A stretch of DNA of 64,000 bases, taken from the NCBI GenBank assembly GCA_963796685.1, contig CAWCMR010000009.1:288001-352000 (forward strand), read 5' to 3'. Each line of letters begins with the position of its first letter. The first letter of the stretch is position 1. Under the pieces are notes generated by a model. The model was not told the DNA's origin and did no database searches. It saw only the letters and a program-made list of their open reading frames with translations. A program made the position numbers and the translations under genes. Source of the DNA: an uncultured delta proteobacterium (GTDB lineage Bacteria; Myxococcota_A; Polyangia; Fen-1088). This document shows, in pieces, positions 1 through 9,913 of the stretch.

Positions 1-397
1 CGTCCTTGCTGACCAGAATGATCTCCCGGCGCGGGAACTGGCGCGAGAGCCGATACGCGACGTTCAGGATCTCGTGATCGGGCGTGCGCGTCTCGAAGGC
101 CGCGCGCAGATCCTCGTGGTACTCGCCACCGACCTTGACGATCAGGTTGCCCAGATCCTTGGCTATCTGGACGCCCTTGCTGAACAGCGGTTGTTGTGCC
201 AGACCGTCGACGGCACGCAGGAACTCGCGGGCGTGAAAGTTGAGCGACTCGTTACCTTTCTTGAACCCGTCCAGCTCTTCGAGCACGGTGATGGGAATGA
301 CGATGTCGTGTTCCTCGAACTGATACATGCATTTGCTGTCGTGAAGGATGACGTTGGTGTCGAGCACGAACATCTTCTGCTTCCGGGCAACCGCCAT
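1..397 (-). CDS. PIN-domain PhoH family protein (PhoH2/YlaK-like), 5' part only; runs off window start
   Basis: Read by hand on the minus strand (not in the ORF track): AAAGGAG RBS, then MAVARKQKMFVLDTNVILHDSKCMYQFEEHDIVIPITVLEELDGFKKG. VLDTNV and VLEELD are PIN-PhoH motifs. Confidence 0.85.
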   Translation of the reverse strand, partial: MAVARKQKMFVLDTNVILHDSKCMYQFEEHDIVIPITVLEELDGFKKGNESLNFHAREFLRAVDGLAQQPLFSKGVQIAKDLGNLIVKVGGEYHEDLRAAFETRTPDHEILNVAYRLSRQFPRREIILVSKD

Positions 398-680
398 ATC
401 GAGGGTCTCCTTTCGACTGTCCCCATGATGATGAAGAACGCGCGCGTGGTTAGCAAGTTGTTCGACTGCATCAGGTTGGCAACAAAGGAGCCCGGTCCCA
501 GCGTAAATCCCGCCAGACGGTCAGGCGAATTCCGCGACCTGATCCGATGACTCTGACCGTCCGGGCAATGCTGAAATTTCTGGGGCGCCAAACAGGTTGA
601 TATGGCAAAGACAAAAAAGCAAGCCGCACCGGTGCTGATCGAGATCCCGCAGTACTTCTACTCAAGCAGGAGGGATGGAC

Positions 681-2235
681 ATGAGCATGAACCAGTCTCG
701 GAACAAACTCCCGGTGGTCGACCGATTTGCGACGGTCTTTCTGGTCGCCATGCTGGCGAATGGATGTCATTCGGGGACCACGTCAGGCGTGGCCAAGACG
801 CAGGAGCCGGCGACCTCCCTCGCCCAGTCCGTGTCGCCGCCCGGGCCCGTGACACCGAGAACACAGGTCCCCGAGGCCGCAAGAACGCTGTCGCAGGCCT
901 TTGCCTCGGCCGCTGCGGCCTTACGACCGAGCGTGGTGCGGATCGATGTGGAGCATGAAGTCCCGCGCCTGGCGAGTGGCCCGCAGAGGGACGACGAGCC
1001 CTTCTTCGGGCAGTCTGCCACCCCTGCTCCGCCATTTCTTCGATTTTGGCGAGGTCCCCGGTACTCCAGAGGGCCCCGGGCCGGTGCCCATCGCAGGCAC
1101 AGGCTCTGGCTTCGTCATCGACACGGCCGGCGACATCATCACCAACAGTCACGTCGTCGAAGGTGGAACGAAGTTCGAGGTCACGTTCAAAGACGGGCAA
1201 GAGATCCCGGCCAAGGTCGTGGGCACGGATCGCCGCACCGACGTGGCCGTGATCCGGCTGGAAAAGGTGCCCAAGAACCTGGTCGTGGCGCGCCTCGGCG
1301 ACTCGAACAAGCTGCAGGTCGGGGAATGGGTCCTCGCCATCGGCAGTCCGCTTGGCCTCGATCAAACGGTCACCGCAGGCATCGTCAGCGGCGAAGGACG
1401 GGTCGGCGGTCATGTCCAGATGTCCGGCGACAGGGTTCACAAGTACATCGAAACCGACGCCAAGATCAATCCGGGCAACTCCGGTGGTCCCCTGGTCAAC
1501 CTCGAGGGCGAGGTGGTGGGCATCAACACCCTCATCCGCGTGGGGGCGGGCGGGGCCTACGGTTTCGCCATCCCCATCGACGAAGCCGACCACGTGGCTC
1601 AGTTGTTGCTCAAGAACGGACGCGTCCTCTATCCTTTCCTGGGCGTGAATCTGCGTGATGTCAGCCAGCTCGAGGAGAGCGTCAAGAGCGAATTGGGCCC
1701 GCACGCGCCGCAAAAGGGCGCCCTCATCGTGGGTGTCACGCCGGATAGCCCGGCCCAGAAAGTGGGTCTCAAGCCGGGCGACGTCATCACCAAGCTGGAC
1801 GATCACCCCATCACGGACGCTGAAGATGTCGTCGAATACGTGTCGGGTCGTCAGATCGGCGATAGCGTCGGCGTGACCGTATTTCGCGCAGGAGAGGACA
1901 AGAGCTTTCGCGCCCAACTTGCCGAAGCACCATCCCAAGACCAGCTTGCCTCCGCCTCGTCCCGTTTGGGACTTTCGCTGCAAACGCTGACGCCGTCGCT
2001 GGCGCGATCCCTTGGACTGCCGCCGCAAACGCAAGGCGCGGCGATCGCCGACGTGGTCCGTGGCAGCCCGGCCGAGGCCGCCGGTCTGCAAGCCGGAGAG
2101 GCGATCGTCGAGATCGATCGCAAGCCGGTGGCGACAGCCGAAGAGGCCGTGGCCGCGCTCAATGGAAAGCAATTCCACTTGTTGCGGGTACGTGGCCCGC
2201 AGGGTGTCCGGTTCGTCACGCTTGGTGGCTCCTGA
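681..2235 (+). CDS. degP: DegP/HtrA serine endoprotease with two PDZ domains (one +1 frameshift near 1014)
   Basis: ORF 675-1658 gives the signal/lipobox LANGC and LSQAFASAAAALRPSVVRI. ORF 901-2235 gives GSGFVID, TNSHVV, TDVAVI, INPGNSGGPL and PDZ domains. AGGAGG RBS precedes ATG 681. Confidence 0.85.
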
Positions 2236-3280
2236 CGATTTCCAGCCGAGCGGCGATGTCGCCGGCCACCTGACGGCGGGCGAGCGTCACCACGGCGTCC
2301 GCCCAGACCGGCGTGGCATTGAGCGACGGCACCAGGGTCAGGCGCTCGCCACCCGCCGCCACGAATTGATCCTTGGCGCGTATCCCGATTTCCTCGAGGG
2401 TTTCCAGGCAGTCCGCGACGAAGGCCGGCGAGAACACCACCAGGCGTTTCTTGCCCTCGGCCGCCAGCTTGGGAATGACGACGTCGGTGTAGGGGTGAAT
2501 CCACGGCGTGCGCCCGAGGCGAGACTGAAAGCTCACGCTCCATGAATCCTCGCCGAGGGCAAGGCGGCTGGCCAGGGCGCGAGCGGTGGCGAAACACTGG
2601 GCGCGGTAGCAGGCACGGTTGGCGGTGCCGATGCGGTCGCAGCAGTCGGGTTGCGCCAGGCAGTGCCGGCCGGTCGCATCGGTCTTGCGCATGTGCCGCT
2701 CGGGCAGACCGTGAAAGCTCATCAGGACATGATCGGGCTTCTCTTCCTCCAGGATCGGCCCCCCCACGGCCGCGAAGGCGTCGATGAAACCGGGATCGTC
2801 GTAGAAGGCATCGACGAAGGTCAGCGTAGGCGGCGCCCACGGTCGGGCCGCGATCCGAAAGACCTCCGCTACCGTCGAGCCTGTCGACGATACCGCATAC
2901 TGCGGATAGAGCGGAAACACCACCACGCGGTCGACGCCCGCCTGGTGCAGCTTCTCCAGCGCCGAAGCAATCGACGGACTCTGGTAGCGCATCCCCAGCT
3001 CGACCGCCCAGTCCGGCCCCAAGCGCTCGCGCACGGCCGCCACCAAATCCTCGCTGTGCCAAAGCAGGGGGGATCCGCGCTCACCCCAAACCTTCCGATA
3101 GGCAGCCGCGCTCTTGCGCGGGCGCAGGGGCAAGATGATCAGATTGAGAAGCAGCCACCGCCCCACGGGATGGATGTCCAAGACCCGCGGGTCGGAAAGG
3201 AACTGCCGCAGGTAGCGACGCACCGAGGCCGGCGTGGGCCGGTCCGGGGTTCCTAGATTGCACAGCAGGAGACCGGTCAT
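2216..3280 (-). CDS. hemH: Ferrochelatase
   Basis: LLCNLGTP, YLRQFLSDPRV, PLYPQY, SFHGLP, FQSRLG and FVADCLETLEEI motifs. Confidence 0.95.
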   Translation of the reverse strand: MTGLLLCNLGTPDRPTPASVRRYLRQFLSDPRVLDIHPVGRWLLLNLIILPLRPRKSAAAYRKVWGERGSPLLWHSEDLVAAVRERLGPDWAVELGMRYQSPSIASALEKLHQAGVDRVVVFPLYPQYAVSSTGSTVAEVFRIAARPWAPPTLTFVDAFYDDPGFIDAFAAVGGPILEEEKPDHVLMSFHGLPERHMRKTDATGRHCLAQPDCCDRIGTANRACYRAQCFATARALASRLALGEDSWSVSFQSRLGRTPWIHPYTDVVIPKLAAEGKKRLVVFSPAFVADCLETLEEIGIRAKDQFVAAGGERLTLVPSLNATPVWADAVVTLARRQVAGDIAARLEIVRSHQA

Positions 3281-3405
3281 GGCGCTCGACTATTGCACAG
3301 GCCGAGCCGTGACGCAGCCCATGCCGCAATCGGGCTCAACTTCCAGCGCGAGTCGCCGATGGAAATGGGTTGCTCGCGGAGAAAATGGAAAGGCGCAGAA
3401 CGGAC

Positions 3406-3744
3406 ATGGGTAACAACCTTCAGCCGGCAGAACGGCGACGTCATCCTCGAATCTTCCTCGGCGTGCCCGTGCGCGTGCACTACGCAGGCATTCCACAATC
3501 CCTGACGCTGGAGCTCGGCGACGTTTCGTTGGAGGGCAGTTACTTCCGCACCTCCGGACCCAAGCCCCGCCGCGGACAGTGGGTGGCTTTCGGTTTCGTC
3601 ACGGCCGATCTCCTGGTGTGCGCCGCCCGCGGTCGCGTCATTCGCATCGACGACGGTGGCTTCGCGTTGCAGCTGGAGGGCACGAATTCCTCTTTCGAGA
3701 CCTTCGTTGCGGACATCTCCGGCCCCTTCTTGCGCGCCGCCTAG
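3406..3744 (+). CDS. Stand-alone PilZ domain (c-di-GMP-binding) protein
   Basis: ERRRHPR (RxxxR) and DVSLEG (DxSxxG) motifs. Confidence 0.8.
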   Translation: MGNNLQPAERRRHPRIFLGVPVRVHYAGIPQSLTLELGDVSLEGSYFRTSGPKPRRGQWVAFGFVTADLLVCAARGRVIRIDDGGFALQLEGTNSSFETFVADISGPFLRAA

Positions 3745-3768
3745 CGAGCTGATTTGGGGGACCGATAA

Positions 3769-3918
3769 CCTCTAAGGAAGCCAGGAAAGCAGGAAGAAAG
3801 AGAACAAGCGGTTTCCCGGATTCTAAACACAGAGGCCCCAGAGCCGGGGCTCGAAGGTGTCCACTCCGCAGTGGTTCTCTGCTACCACCCATTCCTGGCT
3901 TCCTGGCTTCCTTAGAGG
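3769..3918. repeat. 150 bp intergenic element bounded by 27 bp imperfect inverted repeats (MITE/REP-like)
   Basis: CCTCTAAGGAAGCCAGGAAAGCAGGAA (3769-3795) vs TTCCTGGCTTCCTGGCTTCCTTAGAGG (3892-3918): 25/27 reverse-complement match. Confidence 0.75.
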
Positions 3919-3965
3919 CCTCCTGAGATCGGACACCCCTGCCATCGAGGCCAAACCCGTGCTAC

Positions 3966-4958
3966 ATGCCAGGGGTGACCACGAGCTCGATTTGTCCGCA
4001 CCGCCGCGCGACGGCTTTGGCCGTTGTCGCACTGAGCCTTTGGACCTGCGCCACCGCCCCGACCGTCCCATCTCGCGCGGCTCATGAGGAAGCCGTGACG
4101 GCGGGACCGCCACGCGCCGTTCCCAGCGACATCCCATTCGAGTCGCTGGAAGGTCCGTACTGGGTGGCAGGCGGCGGATACCTCATCTTTTCCGATGTCG
4201 TGGAAAAGAACGGACCGGCGGCCAAGATCTACCGCTACGATCCACCCTCCCACGCGTTCTCTACGGTGCCCTACCCGGGTTCGCCCATCAGCACCAACGG
4301 CCTGGCGGTGGATGCCGAGGGCCGCTTGCTGGCGTGCGAACGCTGGAACGGCACCTTGGCGCGCGTGTCCCCGGGCCAACGTCGGACAGTGGCCGAACGT
4401 GCTCCTGACGGCCTGGCCCTGAACGCGCCCAACGACCTCACGGTCCGCCGAGACGGGAACATCTATTTCAGTGATACGACCTGGGGCGCGCGTCCCGGCG
4501 CCCACGCCCCGACTGCCGTGTATCGCGTGTCGCCCGACGGCGTTCTGTCCGTGGCGTTTCGGGTCGACATGCCCAACGGAGTGCTGCTTTCTCCCGATGG
4601 CAACACCCTGTACGTGGGCAGCGACACCCAGGATCGCCTGTGGCGCTTGCCGGTCGCGGCCGACGGCAGCGTGGGCGCCCCGCAAGCCTTCGGCGATGCC
4701 AAGACCGACTCGCGTGCTCGCTTGCACGTGCCCGACGGCCTATGCGTCGACGATCGCGGACGGGTCTACGTGACCAACAACAGCACCGCGGCGAACGCCA
4801 TCGTGGTGCTCGACAGCGCGGGTCATTTCGTGGAGCGCATCCTCTTTCCCGCGCCGCCCTCGAACTGCACCTTCGGCGGGGCGGACCGCCGCACGCTCTA
4901 CGTGACCACCCTGCACGCCCTCTACGAGGTGCCCATGACGACACCAGGATTGCCGTGA
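3966..4958 (+). CDS. SMP-30/gluconolactonase family secreted protein
   Basis: EGPYW, NGLAVDAEGRL, LNAPNDL, PNGVLLSPDG, PDGLCVD and SNCTFGG beta-propeller motifs; N-terminal signal. Confidence 0.9.
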   Translation: MPGVTTSSICPHRRATALAVVALSLWTCATAPTVPSRAAHEEAVTAGPPRAVPSDIPFESLEGPYWVAGGGYLIFSDVVEKNGPAAKIYRYDPPSHAFSTVPYPGSPISTNGLAVDAEGRLLACERWNGTLARVSPGQRRTVAERAPDGLALNAPNDLTVRRDGNIYFSDTTWGARPGAHAPTAVYRVSPDGVLSVAFRVDMPNGVLLSPDGNTLYVGSDTQDRLWRLPVAADGSVGAPQAFGDAKTDSRARLHVPDGLCVDDRGRVYVTNNSTAANAIVVLDSAGHFVERILFPAPPSNCTFGGADRRTLYVTTLHALYEVPMTTPGLP

Positions 4959-4959
4959 C

Positions 4960-5619
4960 ATGAACAAGCAATTCGGTAACGACGACCGCGCACTGTCGGA
5001 TTACGTGGCCCGGGTCTACGCGCCCGAAGGCGCGGTCCTGCGCGAGATCCGCGAGCGCTCGACACGCGCGGGTTTGCCGGACATCCAGTTGGCGGCGCTC
5101 GACGCGCGACACCTCGAGATTCTGGCGCGCGCCTGTCAGGCCCGCCGTGCCGTCGAGGTCGGAACCCTCGGAGGCTATTCGGGCGTGTCGATTCTGCGCG
5201 GCATGGGGCCGGACGGCGTCCTTCACACCGTCGAAATCGACCCCGAGCACGCCAAGGTCGCGCGTGAGAGCTTTCGCGAGTCCGGCCTCGGCGCCCGCGC
5301 GCACGTGCACGTGGGCGCTGCCGCGAAGGTGCTGCCTCGACTCAGGCGTCATGCGCCCTTCGACCTCTGTTTCATCGACGCAGACAAGGAAGGCTATCCG
5401 GACTACCTCGATTGGGCCGCCCACAACCTGCGACCCGCGGGCCTGGTCGTGCTCGACAACGCGTTCCTCTTCGGCCAGTTGGCGAAGAGGCCGATCGGCA
5501 AAGCCGCCATGGAAATCGCGGCGATGCAGAAGATGCACGACATGCTCGCCCACGACGGGCGTTTCCGCGCCACGGTGTTTCCCACCGGCGAGGGGCTGGC
5601 AGTCGGGGTGAGGATCTAG
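4960..5619 (+). CDS. O-methyltransferase (caffeoyl-CoA OMT-like, Methyltransf_3)
   Basis: EVGTLGGYS, FDLCFIDADK and VVLDNA motifs. Confidence 0.9.
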   Translation: MNKQFGNDDRALSDYVARVYAPEGAVLREIRERSTRAGLPDIQLAALDARHLEILARACQARRAVEVGTLGGYSGVSILRGMGPDGVLHTVEIDPEHAKVARESFRESGLGARAHVHVGAAAKVLPRLRRHAPFDLCFIDADKEGYPDYLDWAAHNLRPAGLVVLDNAFLFGQLAKRPIGKAAMEIAAMQKMHDMLAHDGRFRATVFPTGEGLAVGVRI

Positions 5620-5637
5620 CCAGCTCTTTGGGCCGAG

Positions 5638-5889
5638 CTACGGCTTGCCGTTGTCGGGCCGACAACGCTCACCGGCTGGATAGTCGGGATGGTAGTGGTG
5701 AGGCCTAGGGCGACTGACGCACCTCAGGCACTGGGCCCTTTCGCCCGCGGTTGCCGTCCCGGGCAACCGTTCACACTGCGCAGCGGTTCGAGATTCGTGC
5801 CCATTCGAATGGGCACGTGCCATGCCAGGCAAGCCCGTGAAGATCGCCAGCGCCAAAGCGGAAGAAAGCACAATGATACGCGTTTGCAC
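5638..5889 (-). CDS. Small secreted Cys/His-containing hypothetical protein
   Basis: 3' part of ORF 5638-6144 from GTG 5889: signal peptide (RIIVLSSALALAIFTGLPGMARA), then 4 Cys and PHHYHP. Confidence 0.55.
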   Translation of the reverse strand: MQTRIIVLSSALALAIFTGLPGMARAHSNGHESRTAAQCERLPGTATAGERAQCLRCVSRPRPHHYHPDYPAGERCRPDNGKP

Positions 5890-6040
5890 TTGGAACCTCC
5901 TGTACAGATGCACCTTGGACGCAGGCCGATGGATTCTATTCAATCCCCCGAAGAATCTCGCAGGTGGTAGATGCTCTTGGTGGGTGGCGAGGCAAGATGA
6001 AGGGACGGCAGACGAAGCATCGTCCCCCATCGACCCCACC

Positions 6041-7237
6041 ATGTCAAAAGGCGCGCGCATCGTTCTTCCCCTCGCCCTCGCCGCCGGCTTTACACTTGGG
6101 GCCTTGCACTTCCTGCCCAGACTGGCGTCCTTGGCGTTCATCATCCGCGTGGCAAAGCACGAGGGCGTGCTGCTGCGCCTGGCGCGGCTCGAAGCTCGCG
6201 CGATTCACGAAGGCCCCATCGTCGCCGTCGTCACCCGTCACGGCCCGGTCGAGACGCGGCTCTACCGGCCCGACCGGCCCGCGCGCCGGACCGCCATCCT
6301 GGTGCCCGGCATCCACATGGATGGCATCCACGAAGCGCGCTTGGTCGGTCTGGCACGCGAGTTGGCAGCCTCGGGGCTGCAGGTCCTCACGGTGGCACCG
6401 CCCGATCTCACGCACTACCGACTATCGACGAGAAGCACCGACGAGCTGGAAGACATCATCGCCTGGGCCTCCGCGCGGCCCGCGCTGGCCCCCGATGGGC
6501 GGGTGGGAATCATGGGCTTCAGCTTTTCCGGCGGCCTGGCACTGGTGGCGGCCGGCCGGCCGGCGGTACGCGATCGCGTCGCCTTCGTGCTCTCCTTGGG
6601 CGGCCATGGCGATCTTGCCCGCGTGCTGCGATACCTGTGCCTGGGTGCCACCGATCCCGTGGATGCGCAAGCGCGGGACCTGGCCACCGGCGGCGAGACC
6701 ATCCACATCCCCAAGCCGAACGACTATGGCGCCGTGGTCGCCTTGCTGAACCTTGCCGATCGCGTGGTGCCGGCCACGCAAGTCGCCGGGCTCGACGAAG
6801 CGGTGACGCTTTTCTTGCGAGCCTCGAGCGTCGATCGCCTCGACCCGACCAAGGCCAAATCCATGTTCGCTGGCGCCCGCCAACTCGGCGAGGCATTGCC
6901 CGAGCCGGCACGCACGCTGATGGGGTACGTGAACGACCGCGATGTCGGCAAGCTGGGACAGGCGTTGGCGCCGATTGTGGCAGGGCTCGACTTGCCGGCC
7001 GGGCTTTCGCCCGAGCGCTCGCCTCTTGCAACGGCGCCCGTGTTCCTGCTGCACGGGTCCGACGACTCGGTCGTGCCGGCCTCCGAGATGCTGTCGCAGG
7101 CGCGCGCTCTGGGGCACGCGACGCGGGTCCGGGCCTTTGCCAGCCGGCTGATCACGCACGCCGAAGTGAGCCGTGGCGCCGCGTCGGCCGAGATGTGGAA
7201 GCTGTCCGGCTTCTGGCAAGAGGTCATGGCACGGTAG
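6041..7237 (+). CDS. Alpha/beta hydrolase fold protein
   Basis: GFSFSG nucleophile elbow, LLHGSDDSVVP and C-terminal His; N-terminal hydrophobic segment; start taken at ATG 6041. Confidence 0.75.
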   Translation: MSKGARIVLPLALAAGFTLGALHFLPRLASLAFIIRVAKHEGVLLRLARLEARAIHEGPIVAVVTRHGPVETRLYRPDRPARRTAILVPGIHMDGIHEARLVGLARELAASGLQVLTVAPPDLTHYRLSTRSTDELEDIIAWASARPALAPDGRVGIMGFSFSGGLALVAAGRPAVRDRVAFVLSLGGHGDLARVLRYLCLGATDPVDAQARDLATGGETIHIPKPNDYGAVVALLNLADRVVPATQVAGLDEAVTLFLRASSVDRLDPTKAKSMFAGARQLGEALPEPARTLMGYVNDRDVGKLGQALAPIVAGLDLPAGLSPERSPLATAPVFLLHGSDDSVVPASEMLSQARALGHATRVRAFASRLITHAEVSRGAASAEMWKLSGFWQEVMAR

Positions 7238-7253
7238 GAGCAGTGCGCGGCCG

Positions 7254-8225
7254 TCACTTGCGCAGATAGTGGCAGGTGTAGCCGTCTGGGTTCTTCTGCA
7301 GGTAGTCCTGGTGATAACCCTCGGCCGGGTAGAAGGTCGACGCGGGCACGATCTGGGTGACGACCTTGCCCGGCCACTTGCCGGATTGATCCACCTCGGT
7401 CTTCACCCGTTCGGCGATCCCTTGTTGTTCGGCATCGTGAACGAAGATGGCCGACCGGTACTGCGTTCCGATATCGTTGCCCTGCCGATTGGGCGTCGTC
7501 GGATCGTGCAGGCGAAAGAAGGTGCGCAGGATCTCTTCGTAGGAGATGACCTTGGGATCGAAGACGATCTGCACGGCCTCGGCATGGCCCGTACGCCCGG
7601 TGTGAACCTGCTCGTAGTCGGGTTGGTCGGTGGTTCCACCCGTGTACCCCACGATGCTTTCGAGCACGCCGGGCAGTTGTCGTATCAGCTCTTGCACGCC
7701 CCAAAAGCAGCCGCCGGAAAGAGTGGCGATTTCCCTCTTCCGCGTTTCCCTGCGTGTTTCATTGTCCGCGCCGGACGCCACGCCCAAGCGGGGCAAATAC
7801 GCGCCGTAGCCCTCCGCCGCCATGTGCTCGACGGGAACGAAGCGCAGCGCGGCCGAGTTGATGCAGTAGCGCTGGTGGGTCGGCCCTGGCCCGTCGTCGA
7901 AGACGTGGCCGAGGTGCGAGTCGGCCCGTTTGGAACGCACCTCGACGCGCGCATCGTAACGGGGATCGTCGACCTTGCCGACCACGCTCTCGGGCTCGAC
8001 GGGCCGGGTGAAGCTGGGCCATCCCGTGCCGGAGTCGAACTTGTCCGACGAGAGGAACAAGGGCTCGCCCGAGACGATATCGACGTAGAGCCCCGCCCGA
8101 TGGTTGTCCCAGTATTCGTTGCGGAAGGGCGGCTCGGTACCGCACTCCTGGGTGACATGGACCTGCATGGGTGAGAGCTGCTTGACTCGGGCGCTCTTGT
8201 CGATCTTGTCGTCGGCCGTTTTCAT
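7254..8225 (-). CDS. msrAB: Bifunctional methionine sulfoxide reductase MsrB-MsrA
   Basis: MsrB motifs GWPSF, HLGHVF and RYCINS; MsrA motifs GGCFWG, TGHAEAV, GTQYRS and YHQDY. Confidence 0.95.
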   Translation of the reverse strand: MKTADDKIDKSARVKQLSPMQVHVTQECGTEPPFRNEYWDNHRAGLYVDIVSGEPLFLSSDKFDSGTGWPSFTRPVEPESVVGKVDDPRYDARVEVRSKRADSHLGHVFDDGPGPTHQRYCINSAALRFVPVEHMAAEGYGAYLPRLGVASGADNETRRETRKREIATLSGGCFWGVQELIRQLPGVLESIVGYTGGTTDQPDYEQVHTGRTGHAEAVQIVFDPKVISYEEILRTFFRLHDPTTPNRQGNDIGTQYRSAIFVHDAEQQGIAERVKTEVDQSGKWPGKVVTQIVPASTFYPAEGYHQDYLQKNPDGYTCHYLRK

Positions 8226-8332
8226 CTCGGGTTCCTCACCCTTTTGGATGCCGGAGAAGCGAATCGGTCGGGAGCGCTCGACGAAACCGGGACCTCGACG
8301 AGGCCTCCTATGTGGCGGGATGCAATATCGGG

Positions 8333-9655
8333 CTAGGGAAACTGGCCGGCGGCCACCAGCAAGTCGAGGCGGGCCTGGCGAACGGTGTCCTCGGCGATGA
8401 CGACCGCGCTGTCGGCGTCGCGGGCGCGGCGTTCGGCGTCGATGACCTCGATGTTGGTGGTCGCGCCGGCGTGGTAGGCGAGGTTGGCCAGCTCCAGCGC
8501 CTGGTGTGCGAGCTCGGCGGCGGCGTTGGACGAGCGCATGGCCTCGTCGGCGCGACGGATCTCCTCGACCGCCACGCGAATATCGGAACGCGTTTGTCTG
8601 AGAAGACCGTCATACTGCGCGCGCGCCTCGGCCACGATCGCATCGCGCTCGCGCAGCTGTCCTCTGCGCAGACCGCCCTCGATGAGCGGGAAGCTGAGCA
8701 CCAGCATGGCCTGCCACCCGGTCTCGGGCATGGTCAAGGTGGCCGGGTGCTGGAAGAAGGGTTGAAACTGCCCGCTCAGTACCGGCGTGTAGTCGGCCCA
8801 GCTGTCCTTCCTGGTCTTCTCGGCAAGAAAGGCGCGGGCCTTGGCGGCGCGAACGTCTTGGCGACGTTCGGCCGCGTCCTCGAAATTCCTGCTGGCCTCG
8901 GGCAGAAGGACGTCGTCGAGCGTATCCACGGGCTTGTCTTCGGCCAGGAGCACGCCCAGCGCCTCGCGGGCGCGGGCCAGCGTGGTGAAGCTGTTGGAGA
9001 ACAGAGCCTGATCCGCGGCCAGTTGCTGCGCGGCCCTGACCTCGTCGACCCGGTTGCCCACTCCGCCGGAAAAGCGCGTGTGCGTGTACTCGTAGTGCGA
9101 GCGATCGTTGGCCACCGAGCGCGCGTTGATGTCGACCTGGCGCTTCTGCGCGATGATGAGCAAGTAGGCGCGCGCCACCGCCGTCGCGAGCGTACGCCGA
9201 ACGTCCTCGCTGCTGGCCTGGGAGGTGGCGAGATTTGCCGAGGACTCGGACCAACTCATCCAGGCGCGCGGCGCAACGAGTGGAACGTTGAGGACCAGGT
9301 TGGCGGACTGCTGATTTTGCGCAGCGATGACATTGGTTCCAAATACTCTATTTGCGTCGAGACGAGTCAGAGTCCCGTTGGCGGCAAGCGACGGCATGGA
9401 CCCGGACCGAGCCTCTGCCAACAGCGCCTCGGCCCGCTTGATCTCCTGCATGGCAACCACCGCCGTCGGGTTGCCGGCCAACGCGCGCCGGACGGCCTCG
9501 GTCAGAGATATCTTTTCATAGCCCGTGCCGGACTCGGGCGACACATCGACGAGCTTCGGGATGGGCGGCATGGCGGGAAGCTCCTCCGTGGAGGCCAGCC
9601 CCGCGACCATCGAAAGCAAGACCCCCGCCGCGACCGCGGCTATCGACCGATCCAC
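8333..9655 (-). CDS. TolC family outer membrane efflux protein
   Basis: Two OEP-type helical repeats and [14 protein letters not shown]. Likely start is GTG 9655 with an AGAGG RBS; the ORF-track extension to 9715 runs into the MITE. Confidence 0.85.
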   Translation of the reverse strand: MDRSIAAVAAGVLLSMVAGLASTEELPAMPPIPKLVDVSPESGTGYEKISLTEAVRRALAGNPTAVVAMQEIKRAEALLAEARSGSMPSLAANGTLTRLDANRVFGTNVIAAQNQQSANLVLNVPLVAPRAWMSWSESSANLATSQASSEDVRRTLATAVARAYLLIIAQKRQVDINARSVANDRSHYEYTHTRFSGGVGNRVDEVRAAQQLAADQALFSNSFTTLARAREALGVLLAEDKPVDTLDDVLLPEASRNFEDAAERRQDVRAAKARAFLAEKTRKDSWADYTPVLSGQFQPFFQHPATLTMPETGWQAMLVLSFPLIEGGLRRGQLRERDAIVAEARAQYDGLLRQTRSDIRVAVEEIRRADEAMRSSNAAAELAHQALELANLAYHAGATTNIEVIDAERRARDADSAVVIAEDTVRQARLDLLVAAGQFP

Positions 9656-9663
9656 CGGACCTC

Positions 9664-9913
9664 TAGAGCACCGAACGGGTTGAAAGTGCAGAGAATTCAA
9701 GAAGTTGCTACGCACGTGCCCCCTCCGATCCCCTCGCCCCGCGCAGCGGGGAGAGGGTTAGGGTGAGGGGCCAGCGCACCCTCTCGCATGGCCGAACCCC
9801 TCACCCGACGCGCTTCGCGCGTCGACCTCTCCCCGCTTCGCGGGGCGAGGTGAATTTTCCGAGCACTCGCAAGCTCTCGATTCTGCACAGCATTCAACCC
9901 GTTCGGTGCTCTA
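9664..9913. mobile_element. Non-autonomous MITE-like element, 250 bp, perfect 21 bp terminal inverted repeats, internal CCCCTCACCC..CCTCTCCCC palindromic units
   Basis: TAGAGCACCGAACGGGTTGAA (9664-9684) is the exact reverse complement of TTCAACCCGTTCGGTGCTCTA (9893-9913). CTA/TAG occurs at both ends; two inverted boxC-like hairpin units lie at 9729-9770 and 9797-9851. Confidence 0.8.

Noticed and set aside
74-550. 158 aa plus-strand ORF
   Set aside because: It is antisense to the PIN-PhoH gene, which has a clear RBS and motifs but is missing from the track because it runs off the window.
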